A stretch of DNA of 64,000 bases from Candidatus Poribacteria bacterium (lineage in GTDB: Bacteria; Poribacteria; WGA-4E; PCPOR2b): the NCBI GenBank assembly GCA_965208675.1, contig OZ242351.1, positions 4,320,001-4,384,000 on the forward strand. Direction: 5' to 3'. Positions 49,376 through 57,336 of this stretch are shown in pieces (position 1 is the first letter of the stretch; the number at the start of each line of letters is the position of its first letter). Position numbers and translations under genes: made by a program. The notes beneath the pieces were generated by a model that had not been told where the DNA came from, made no database searches, and saw only the letters and a program-made list of their open reading frames with translations.

Positions 49376-49416
49376 AAGGAAACGCGCCGGTTCGTGTAAG
49401 GTCAAGGTTCTTTTCC

Positions 49417-49445
49417 TTGCGGCGGGGTGGGTATTGTGCTATAAT
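49417..49445 (+). promoter_or_regulatory. smpB promoter (near-leaderless mRNA)
   Basis: TTGCGG-17 bp-TATAAT with extended TGn; GTG start 8 nt downstream. Confidence 0.55.
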
Positions 49446-49453
49446 TTAAGCGG

Positions 49454-49927
49454 GTGAAAAACGTGGCTGCACCAATCAAAATAATCACTGTTAATCGGAA
49501 AGCACGCCACGAGTATCACTTGCAGGATCGGTTTGAAGCGGGGGTTGTGCTTCAGGGCACGGAGGTAAAATCCATCCGCGCCGGCAACTTTAGCCTGACC
49601 GATAGTTACGTGCGGGTTCAAGACGGTGAGACGTTCCTGATTGATGCGCACATTCCCGCTTACACGCACGGAAACCGCGAAAATCACGAACCCAAGCGGG
49701 CGCGCAAGTTGCTGCTGCATCGGCGGGAAATTAAGAAAATCTCGGAAAAGACGAATTCGTCCGGGATGACAATTGTGCCGACCAGGGCCTATTTTAGCGA
49801 CAGTAACGTCAAGGTCGAAATCGCGGTGGCGCGCGGCAAACAAGACTACGACAAGCGCGAAGATATGAAAAAGGATGCGGATAGGCGCGCGATCCAATTA
49901 TACAAACAGCGGTATTCAGCGCGGTAG
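49454..49927 (+). CDS. smpB: SsrA-binding protein
   Basis: NRKARHEY, EAG.VL.GTEVKSIR, RKLLLHRREI, ARGK..YDKRE. Confidence 0.96.
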   Translation: MKNVAAPIKIITVNRKARHEYHLQDRFEAGVVLQGTEVKSIRAGNFSLTDSYVRVQDGETFLIDAHIPAYTHGNRENHEPKRARKLLLHRREIKKISEKTNSSGMTIVPTRAYFSDSNVKVEIAVARGKQDYDKREDMKKDADRRAIQLYKQRYSAR

Positions 49928-49973
49928 CAGTGCAAGAACGGGTTTTGACCGCCGGGTTCTTGCGCACCGATTA

Positions 49974-50326
49974 GGGGGTGAAAAGGTTTCGACGGAAGTA
50001 GATGAGATGAAGGTTGCATGCCGAGGTCTCCGCAGGCCTCGTTAAACAGGCGGAACAAACACAACTGCCGATTACGAAGAATTGGCTCTAGCCGCTTAAA
50101 GCGGCTACGTTCGGTTTGCTTGCGGCCCGTCGGGTTAACCGGGCGTCGAGATACGGGCTGTGCGATTTGCTTTTTCTTCAGGGGCAACCCGCGAGATTTA
50201 CTGGGGATAGCTAATGCGAATCCGGCATAAGGGAGCCGCTGCGGTGAAGCATTAAAACTTATGCTAAGCATGTAGTAGCCTTTGTTGAAATGCCTCCGGA
50301 CGCGGGTTCGATTCCCGCCACCTCCA
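49974..50326 (+). ncRNA. ssrA: tmRNA; tag (A)ADYEELALAA encoded at 50067-50099
   Basis: 5' GGGGGTGAAAAGGTTTCGAC; T-arm GCGGGTTCGATTCCCGC; acceptor CACCTCCA with G.U pair; directly downstream of smpB; CCA not encoded. Confidence 0.95.
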
Positions 50327-50666
50327 TCACGTTATTTGGTTCGCTAGTTTGGTTGAAGCACAATCATCATGCGCCGCGCGTGATTACACGCGTTGCGGCT
50401 TGTGCCGTGCCCATTTTTAAGCGCAGTAACAGGATTTAGGTCTAACACTCCTTTTTGGCGTATGATTTACTATATCCATACCGAAAAGGAGGATGCAAGC
50501 CGCGGTTATTTTATGAAAATCGAAAACGATTAGGATTTGCGTTCTCATTTAGCTCACTCGTTCTTTGATAGGCTTGGCAACTGTGCAGCCTAGTTTTGGA
50601 TTTACCATCTGAAAGATTGTTGTGCGTGAATTAGGAAACAACAGTTTCTTGATTAAATGCTGGAGC

Positions 50667-53144
50667 ATGACGGGTGCGGCAATCAAGAGTGCAATTGCGC
50701 TGGCCTTGATCGTCTGCACGATCGGGAGGGTATCCGTTGCCCGCGATCCGGTCGACATACCGGTCGTCACCTTCGATACTGTGGTCGTGACAGCAACCCG
50801 CGTCGGGGAGCCGCTGCAGCAAGTGCCGCTTAGCATCTCGGCGGTGACCGGTGCAGACCTTGAGCAGCGCGCAATCGGGAACCTCACGGAGTTGGCGCGC
50901 TGGATGCCCGGTTTCACCGTGGTCGACCAGGGTGCGCGCGGCAGCAACGCCGTCATTGCCCGCGGACTCAACACGGATTCGTTGAGCGGATCGGAGTTCA
51001 ATGGCAACAACTACAACAATAGCGTCGCCACATATCTCGGGGACATCCCCCTAGCGGTTGACCTGCGGCTGTACGACATTGAGCGGGTCGAAGTGCTACT
51101 CGGACCGCAAGGGACACTGTACGGCGCCGGCACGCTAGCGGGAGCGGTTCGCTACCTGCCGCGCCGGCCCGACACTGGGCGGCGCACGTTCGAGGGACGC
51201 GGCGACCTGTTCGCCCTAGCGCACGGCGGCGTGCCCGGTTCGGATGCCGGTGTCACGTTCAACCTGCCGCTGGTTTCGCGCAAGTTAGCACTACGCGGCT
51301 CGATCGACTACTACGTCGACCCCGGGTTCATAGACTACGACTATCTGCTGCGCACGCCAGGCGTTTCCGAGCCGGAGCCGGACGTGAGCGACCCCTCCAC
51401 GGTGGAGGCAAACCTGCGCAGCGAGCCGGACGCCAACACCGAGGAGACGGTTTCGTCGCGTCTCTCGTTGCTGTGGGAGGCGACCGCGGAGCTGTCGGCT
51501 CTTTTCACCTACCATCTACAGGATCAGCGGGTCGGCGCGCGCCAGATCAACCATGTCAAGTCGTTCGACACCGGCCGCTACGCCGCGGCGCATCGCTACC
51601 TTGAGCCAAACGATCGCAAGAACCAGTTATGGAGCCTGGAACTGACCTGGACGCCGGATTGGGCGGAGTTGACCACCGCCGTCGGCTACTCCCGTTTTAC
51701 GGCGGAGGGTCAGCGCGACCAAACCGACCTGCTGATCCAAGCCTTCGGCATCAAGGGGCTGCTGCCGGCGGAGTTCCCGGCGTTAGCGCAAGCTCAGGCG
51801 TTGGATCCGAACGTCTCCGCCGCCGACCTGACGGCGCAGTTCCGGTCTTTCTCGGCTTACACGCATGAAGACTCCTGGGAGGAGCGTTTCAACTGGGAGA
51901 CGCGGCTAGTCTCGACGGGCGATGGACCGTGGCGCTGGGTCGGCGGCGTCTTTTTCAACAACTACGACAGTAGCGGGACGAGCTTCGAATTCACACCCGG
52001 TCTGACGGAATTTTCGGGCATCACGCCCGTCCGGGGAGGTGTGCCGGTATCCGAGCCGGTCGAGTATTACAGCGTCGACAGCCAGTCAGTAGACGAACGC
52101 GCCCTGTTCGGGGAAATCTCCCGCGGCCTGGGTGACCACTGGCACGTGACGGTCGGCGGCCGCTGGTTTGGCTACCTCATCGACACCGGCAGCCTGACCG
52201 AGTTTCCCTATACGCCGCTGTACAATTCGCCGTTCACCGCCTTCGAGTCCGACGACCGGGGCGTGCTGCTCAAGGCAAGCGCCAGCCACCGTTTCGATGA
52301 CCAGACGAGCGCCTACTTTACCCGTTCGGAAGGCTACCGCATCGGCGGCGGCAACAACTTCCGAATCTGCACGGACGAGGAGATTGCGCTGCTCAGCGAC
52401 GCGGATCCCGGCAACGACCCGCCGCAATCCGGCTGTATCTACGAGGACCAGGCTCTGATTAAGCCCGACAGGACGACCAACTACGAGGTGGGCTTGCGCC
52501 GCTCGTGGAGCAACAGGCGTTTCCTTGCCAGCGGTTCGTTGTTCCACGTGGACTGGACGGACATTCAAGTCGCGGGTGAGACGCCTTTCAGCGCGCAGCC
52601 GATCATTCTGAACGGCGCCGCGGCTATAAGCCGCGGCGTGGAGGTCTCCGGCGCCGCCGGGCTGTCGAGTGCGCTGCACCTGCGCGGGACTTGGTCGTAC
52701 ACGCACGCGGAGCTGAGTCAGGACTCGCCAGGTCTGCTTGATGCCGGCGCGGACACCTTCAAAGGCGACCGCCTGCCGGGCGCGCCGCGGCAGCAAGGCA
52801 GCCTGCTTGCGTCCTACGGCGTGCGGCTCGGCGGCAGAACTACGCTGGACCTGCTGTACGGCTACACCTACGTTGGCGACGTGTTTACACGAATCGGCTT
52901 GCGCGCGGGCGGCGAAGTGCTGCCGGCATACGACCTCCACAACTTCTCGGCGGCAGTCTTGATGGACGGCTGGGCGCTTACGTTCTACGCCGAAAACTTG
53001 TTCGACAAGTACGCCGTAACCGGCGTGCGCCAGACGCCTGATCAGATTGGTACCACGGAGGACGGTTTCCGTGCACGCCGCTACTTCGCCAACGTGCTCA
53101 CCCCGCGGCGAGTGGGTGCGCGCATCCGCTACACGTTTCAGTAA
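50667..53144 (+). CDS. TonB-dependent receptor
   Basis: TonB box DTVVVTA, plug motifs (VPLSISAV, IERVEVLLGPQGTLYG), NYEVG, NLFD, terminal RYTFQ; start 50622 or 50667. Confidence 0.92.
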   Translation: MTGAAIKSAIALALIVCTIGRVSVARDPVDIPVVTFDTVVVTATRVGEPLQQVPLSISAVTGADLEQRAIGNLTELARWMPGFTVVDQGARGSNAVIARGLNTDSLSGSEFNGNNYNNSVATYLGDIPLAVDLRLYDIERVEVLLGPQGTLYGAGTLAGAVRYLPRRPDTGRRTFEGRGDLFALAHGGVPGSDAGVTFNLPLVSRKLALRGSIDYYVDPGFIDYDYLLRTPGVSEPEPDVSDPSTVEANLRSEPDANTEETVSSRLSLLWEATAELSALFTYHLQDQRVGARQINHVKSFDTGRYAAAHRYLEPNDRKNQLWSLELTWTPDWAELTTAVGYSRFTAEGQRDQTDLLIQAFGIKGLLPAEFPALAQAQALDPNVSAADLTAQFRSFSAYTHEDSWEERFNWETRLVSTGDGPWRWVGGVFFNNYDSSGTSFEFTPGLTEFSGITPVRGGVPVSEPVEYYSVDSQSVDERALFGEISRGLGDHWHVTVGGRWFGYLIDTGSLTEFPYTPLYNSPFTAFESDDRGVLLKASASHRFDDQTSAYFTRSEGYRIGGGNNFRICTDEEIALLSDADPGNDPPQSGCIYEDQALIKPDRTTNYEVGLRRSWSNRRFLASGSLFHVDWTDIQVAGETPFSAQPIILNGAAAISRGVEVSGAAGLSSALHLRGTWSYTHAELSQDSPGLLDAGADTFKGDRLPGAPRQQGSLLASYGVRLGGRTTLDLLYGYTYVGDVFTRIGLRAGGEVLPAYDLHNFSAAVLMDGWALTFYAENLFDKYAVTGVRQTPDQIGTTEDGFRARRYFANVLTPRRVGARIRYTFQ

Positions 53145-53153
53145 ATCTTGGGC

Positions 53154-53272
53154 GATCAACAGAGTGAATAACGAGGGATCAAGCGACTGAATAGGGAGCG
53201 CGATAGTCCTCTCCTATCTTGTCTTCTTCAGCTTGCCGGAATAATGTGTCGCGATTTGAAGATTGTTCCTAC
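53154..53272 (+). repeat. Family-B array (2 units + tail) followed by linker and degenerate family-C REP
   Basis: GATCAACAGAGTGAATAACGAGG GATCAAGCGACTGAATAGGGAGC GCGATAGT; downstream TGTCTTCTTCAG.TTGCCG.AATA shared with about 54697-54720. Confidence 0.85.
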
Positions 53273-53305
53273 CGTGTTTTGGATGTTTCATTGAGTTAAG
53301 GAGTT

Positions 53306-53701
53306 TTGGGCAAGATGGCTGAGTTTCAACGCTTGCCATCTCGAATTCGTGATACGGTCACGTCGCAACTGGGCGCAAATGAGCAGATCGAATTATGCTT
53401 TCTCGGTAGATCCAATTTCCTAAGCCCAGATTTTGTTATCATCACTTCACATCGGTTGCTGGTGCTGGAAGAACGCAGTATGGGGAGCTTGGGTGCATCC
53501 TACACCAACATTCGGTGCAACCTTCTGTTTTCTGAAATTTCGGCGGTAAAGCTGAGCCGCGATTGGAAACACCGCCTGTTACGCCAAGCCTGCGTCGAAA
53601 TTGATAAACGTAATAGCGATAGATATCTCATCAATCGCGTGAGTCTGCGTGAAGCCAAGCTGGCGCTTGAATTGATTTCCACACAGATTCAGCCGGGTTG
53701 A
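53306..53701 (+). CDS. Bacterial PH-domain-like hypothetical protein
   Basis: L..NEQI...IITSHRLLV...SEI..V pattern; AAGGAG RBS. Confidence 0.55.
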   Translation: MGKMAEFQRLPSRIRDTVTSQLGANEQIELCFLGRSNFLSPDFVIITSHRLLVLEERSMGSLGASYTNIRCNLLFSEISAVKLSRDWKHRLLRQACVEIDKRNSDRYLINRVSLREAKLALELISTQIQPG

Positions 53702-53759
53702 GAATGGGGCTGATTGCCGCCCGAGATGCGCACTGCATTTCAAGTCTGAGATATTAATC

Positions 53760-54428
53760 ATGTTGGAATTTCTCGTTGAACTCACCCGTTGGTATAACCT
53801 GTTTTTCGTCCTACCCGTCCTCGTCGCGCTCATTTATCTATTCTTGCACACAATGACAGCGTCGGACATCGGCGGTTTAGAAGCAGGATTCGGGGATTTG
53901 AGCGTCATAGCGGCAGATCGGCTGCCCGCGGCGCAAGAACGCACTGTATTGGTTCGCTTCTTCACGTTTCTGAATGCGGGCCGTCTCCCTCCATTAATGG
54001 TTGTTGCGCCCTTTTTTCTTTGCTGGGGATTTATCGGGTTTGTATGTAATCACTGGTTCGTCCCGTTGTTCGAGGGCATGATATTGCTAGCCGTACTGGT
54101 TTCAGCCTTGACGGCATTCGTCCTCAGCAGCCTGGTTACGCGGTTGTTGTCGCAAGTCATCGCCTACGTATTCCCGACCGCTCTAGCGGATGAAATTCAG
54201 CGAGCCGACTTGGTGGGAACGGTTGCGACGGTGACGAGCATTGACGTGAATGCGGATTTTGGTATGGCGCGCACGGAAGACGTTCCGTTCAATGTGACGA
54301 TATTCTGCCGGATTGACGAAGGGGAGGCGCGCATTAAACAGGGCCAGCGAGTCGTATTGTGGGATTATGACCCGCAGATGAATTGCTATAAGGTGCAGGA
54401 ATTTAACGAGGATCAACCGACCGAATAG
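53760..54428 (+). CDS. YqiJ/NfeD-like membrane protein with C-terminal OB fold
   Basis: TM segments, GRLPP, LVG.VATV, I.QG.RVV..DY; stop codon lies inside a family-B unit. Confidence 0.65.
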   Translation: MLEFLVELTRWYNLFFVLPVLVALIYLFLHTMTASDIGGLEAGFGDLSVIAADRLPAAQERTVLVRFFTFLNAGRLPPLMVVAPFFLCWGFIGFVCNHWFVPLFEGMILLAVLVSALTAFVLSSLVTRLLSQVIAYVFPTALADEIQRADLVGTVATVTSIDVNADFGMARTEDVPFNVTIFCRIDEGEARIKQGQRVVLWDYDPQMNCYKVQEFNEDQPTE

Positions 54429-54464
54429 GGAGGGATCAACTGAGCGAACAGCGAAGGCGATAGT
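54411..54464 (+). repeat. Family-B array (2 units + tail)
   Basis: GATCAACCGACCGAATAGGGAGG GATCAACTGAGCGAACAGCGAAG GCGATAGT. Confidence 0.85.
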
Positions 54465-54479
54465 CTTTCTTGGTTTTCT

Positions 54480-54686
54480 CTAGGGCGTGTTGACATTTGG
54501 CATCCCGTAGGTTGAATTGAACGGTTAAACGGCAGTCTTTATCAAGTACAAAGGAATCTTTTGTAACACAATCTGTTAGATTGTGATCCGAGCCCGCAAA
54601 CTAACAGTTTGCGCTACTTATATCAGATTATCCAATGGTGACAACGTTTGCCGAATCAGTAGCCTCAAAATGTCAACAGAACCTAG
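54480..54686. mobile_element. MITE of about 200 bp (IS5-like ends) containing an internal REP doublet
   Basis: Terminal IRs CTAGG-GCG-TGTTGACATTT / AAATGTCAACA-GAA-CCTAG; absent from the homologous repeat cluster at 53200-53272. Confidence 0.7.
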
Positions 54687-54898
54687 TTTATAGGCCTGTC
54701 TTCTTCAGTTTGCCGAAATATTATGTCGCGATTCGCAGATCGCTCCTACGGGATACAGTGCTGTGTTAAAGAAACGGCTCATTCAAGAAAAAAATCGGTT
54801 TCAAATACTGAAATACCTCTTGCCTTGTGCATAGTAAAAGGCTTATAATACAGAGCGCATTATTGGTGGACATATTAAAATAACATGGAGGAGCAACC

Positions 54899-55405
54899 AT
54901 GGTAGAGGTAGAAGTTGCACTCATTACTGTTGATACGAGAGTAAATATGCCGATAGTTCTTCTGAAAGAGAAGGAAGGCAGTCCGAAGCGGGTATTGCCC
55001 ATCTGGATTGGACAGGCGGAAGCAACGGCGATCCAATTAAAACTGAAGAACGCGCCCAGTACCCCCCGCCCAATGACGCACGATTTGATGAAGAACCTCA
55101 TTGAAAGCCTTGATGCTCAGGTTGATTCCATTTTTGTTCATTCAGTGATTGCATCGGAGGGCGAAGGCGGCACATACTTGGGCCAGATTAACCTTGAGGT
55201 GGATGGTAAGAAAATCGAGGTTGATTCCCGTCCAAGCGACGCAATCGCACTCGCATTAAGGCTCGAAGCGCCCATTCATGTTGCGGAAAAGATTTTGGAC
55301 GAGAACGGATTTTCCGAAGACGAAATAAAAGAGTCGGGCAAGGAAGCCGCGAAGAACACCCTGGAGAACTTGGACGAGGACGCATTGGGGCGATACAGTG
55401 TGTAG
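54899..55405 (+). CDS. Bifunctional nuclease family protein (DUF151)
   Basis: LPIWIG..EA.AI, RPMTHDL, DSRPSDAIALA. Confidence 0.93.
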   Translation: MVEVEVALITVDTRVNMPIVLLKEKEGSPKRVLPIWIGQAEATAIQLKLKNAPSTPRPMTHDLMKNLIESLDAQVDSIFVHSVIASEGEGGTYLGQINLEVDGKKIEVDSRPSDAIALALRLEAPIHVAEKILDENGFSEDEIKESGKEAAKNTLENLDEDALGRYSV

Positions 55406-55565
55406 TCGTTGCGTTTGGTAAACGGAATCGCTGGAATTTTACGCGTTAATCGAATTAATCAGTTACGTATCATGCAGCTATTCAACCTCTGGTATGGTTT
55501 GAGGTTAGCCGCCGCCGTGTCGTGCGCCGACGGCAAATATATGTAAAACCCCTATTTTTGGCAAG

Positions 55566-55763
55566 GTGGAAAATCCGATGAAAGTCCTCAGAAATGTCGC
55601 ACTATTAGCGTTAATTTTGGTACTTGTCTATATTGCGCTAGAAATAATTACGACGTTTGTCTTCCCGTTAATCACTTGGGTCATTAACATCGTTATTACG
55701 CTGGTGCTGCTCGTCGCGATTGGCGTTGCGCTTGTTTACCTATACCGAAAGCTTAAGGCGTAG
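55566..55763 (+). CDS. Small membrane protein
   Basis: Two hydrophobic helices, basic C-terminus, followed by a terminator. Confidence 0.55.
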   Translation: MENPMKVLRNVALLALILVLVYIALEIITTFVFPLITWVINIVITLVLLVAIGVALVYLYRKLKA

Positions 55764-55846
55764 CGGGTAGTTGGATAAGTACGGGTTCGGAAGCCGAACC
55801 TGCCGGGATGAAAAAAAATATTTTCGGTTGGGATTTGCGGATATTG

Positions 55847-55884
55847 AGCCGAGGGAGCGCGGTTTTCTCTACTCGGCTTTTTTT
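55847..55884 (+). terminator. Intrinsic terminator
   Basis: AGCCGAG...CTCGGCT plus T-tract. Confidence 0.65.
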
Positions 55885-55911
55885 GTTGGAGTTTTGGAGT
55901 AAACGGCGCAT

Positions 55912-55946
55912 AAAGTAATAGGCACACGGCGTGTGCCTATTACTTT
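55912..55946. repeat. Perfect 35-bp palindrome (REP-like)
   Basis: AAAGTAATAGGCACACG-G-CGTGTGCCTATTACTTT. Confidence 0.75.
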
Positions 55947-56094
55947 GATTTTTTGTTTGATTCTCGAATGATAATCTGTTACAATCGTGGTGTTTGCGAA
56001 TTGGATTCTCGAACATCTAATTGATTTTCTACGGATAATTATGCGCGTACACGATAAATTTTCCGTCCTACCAGCCGATGAAGGGAGGCAGTAA

Positions 56095-56526
56095 ATGGAC
56101 GCACGAACGCTGTCGTCACCCATTCATACGCTGAATCTGAATGAACCTTGCTATGTGGACCTCGGCACTCCTGTACTGGAGGTAATCAACCTCATGCAGA
56201 AGGGTCAATTTGGGTGTGCGCTGGTCATAGATAGCCGCGACCGACTTGTCGGCATCGTCACCGAGCGTGATTTTCTTGTCAAAATCATGGGAGTGCAGAT
56301 TGATCCGGAGGATGTGATTGTCGATGAGATTATGACGCCGTCGCCGGAGTGTTTGCGTCCGACCGATACCGTTGCATTTGCTTTGAACCTCATGCAGTTG
56401 GGGCACTACCGTAATATTCCTTTAGTGATACGCGATGAGATAGACAGATATCCTGTAGGTGTAGTCTCGATTAAGGACATCCTGAATCATTTTGCCGCAT
56501 TTTTGGAGACGGGTAAGGAGGAATAA
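56095..56526 (+). CDS. CBS domain protein
   Basis: LVGIVTERD, IMTPSP, YRNIPLV, PVGVVS.KD. Confidence 0.88.
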   Translation: MDARTLSSPIHTLNLNEPCYVDLGTPVLEVINLMQKGQFGCALVIDSRDRLVGIVTERDFLVKIMGVQIDPEDVIVDEIMTPSPECLRPTDTVAFALNLMQLGHYRNIPLVIRDEIDRYPVGVVSIKDILNHFAAFLETGKEE

Positions 56527-56529
56527 AAT

Positions 56530-57069
56530 ATGCTTTACGAAGAAATGGTTGACGAAGAGCTGGCGATTATGGATGAAGAGCCCGAGGAACCCTCAAAAAC
56601 CCGGAGCCAACCTGACATTCAGGCGCCGCTTCGTTCTCTGATGCGTGTACCGGTTACAATTGAAATGGGGGCAAGTGTACAGGAGGCAGTCAATCTGATG
56701 ATTGAGAATCGGGTCGGCGCTATCCTCGTCGTATCCGATGGCGTGCTCAAGGGCATTTTCGGTGAGCGCGATGTGCTTTTGAAAATATTGAACAAGCCGG
56801 TGGGCGATATCTCGGAGATTCCGGTCGAAAATTTTATGAAAGTCGATCCACATACGGCGCGGGTTGAGGATTCGCTTGGCGCGGCGATATTGCATATGGC
56901 GCAGGGCGGATTCCGCCATATCCCGGTCGTAAATGAGCTGAATCAACCCGTTGGGATGGTTTCGACTCGCCATGTTGTCTCCAACATCATTGATCATTAT
57001 CCGCAAGAGGTGTTGACGCTGCCGCGCGAACCGGTTCGGAAGGCGATGCAGGCGCGCGAAGGGGCGTAG
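56530..57069 (+). CDS. CBS domain protein
   Basis: GIFGERD, GGFRHIPVV, PVGMVS. Confidence 0.88.
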   Translation: MLYEEMVDEELAIMDEEPEEPSKTRSQPDIQAPLRSLMRVPVTIEMGASVQEAVNLMIENRVGAILVVSDGVLKGIFGERDVLLKILNKPVGDISEIPVENFMKVDPHTARVEDSLGAAILHMAQGGFRHIPVVNELNQPVGMVSTRHVVSNIIDHYPQEVLTLPREPVRKAMQAREGA

Positions 57070-57100
57070 TGTGGAGGATATATGTGAGGGGTGTGCCAAT

Positions 57101-57205
57101 GTTGAAGAAACCGAGTTTTGAAGAAAAAACTCGGTTTTAAATGAGGGTCGAGATACGGCGCCTACACCCCCTCCGCCCGTAGGCGCGGCATCTTGCCGCG
57201 CGTAT
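57101..57205. repeat. Family-D hairpin and GTAG-type REP
   Basis: AAACCGAGTTTT..AAAACTCGGTTT; GTAGGCGCGGCATCTTGCCGCGC. Confidence 0.65.
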
Positions 57206-57336
57206 TTCCGAGGTGTGGCGAGATAGCGCGGGTACGTTGAAATTTAGATGAAACTGATGCTTGGTAATATACGTGTTAATCATGGAATCCATATACGCAG
57301 ATTGCGGTTGAATGAACAGAGAGAAGGACACATGTA

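Noticed and set aside
49846-50271. ORFs overlapping 49974-50326
   Set aside because: The region is tmRNA; only the tag peptide is coding.
50330-50666. Cobalamin riboswitch or attR upstream of the TonB receptor
   Set aside because: Only an isolated GCAACTGT was seen, without the other B12-element motifs, and no repeat of the ssrA 3' end. The hairpin at about 50448-50491 precedes only a 7-codon ORF.
52086-53159. 357-aa minus-strand ORF
   Set aside because: Antisense shadow of the GC-rich TonB-dependent receptor, with no recognisable motifs.
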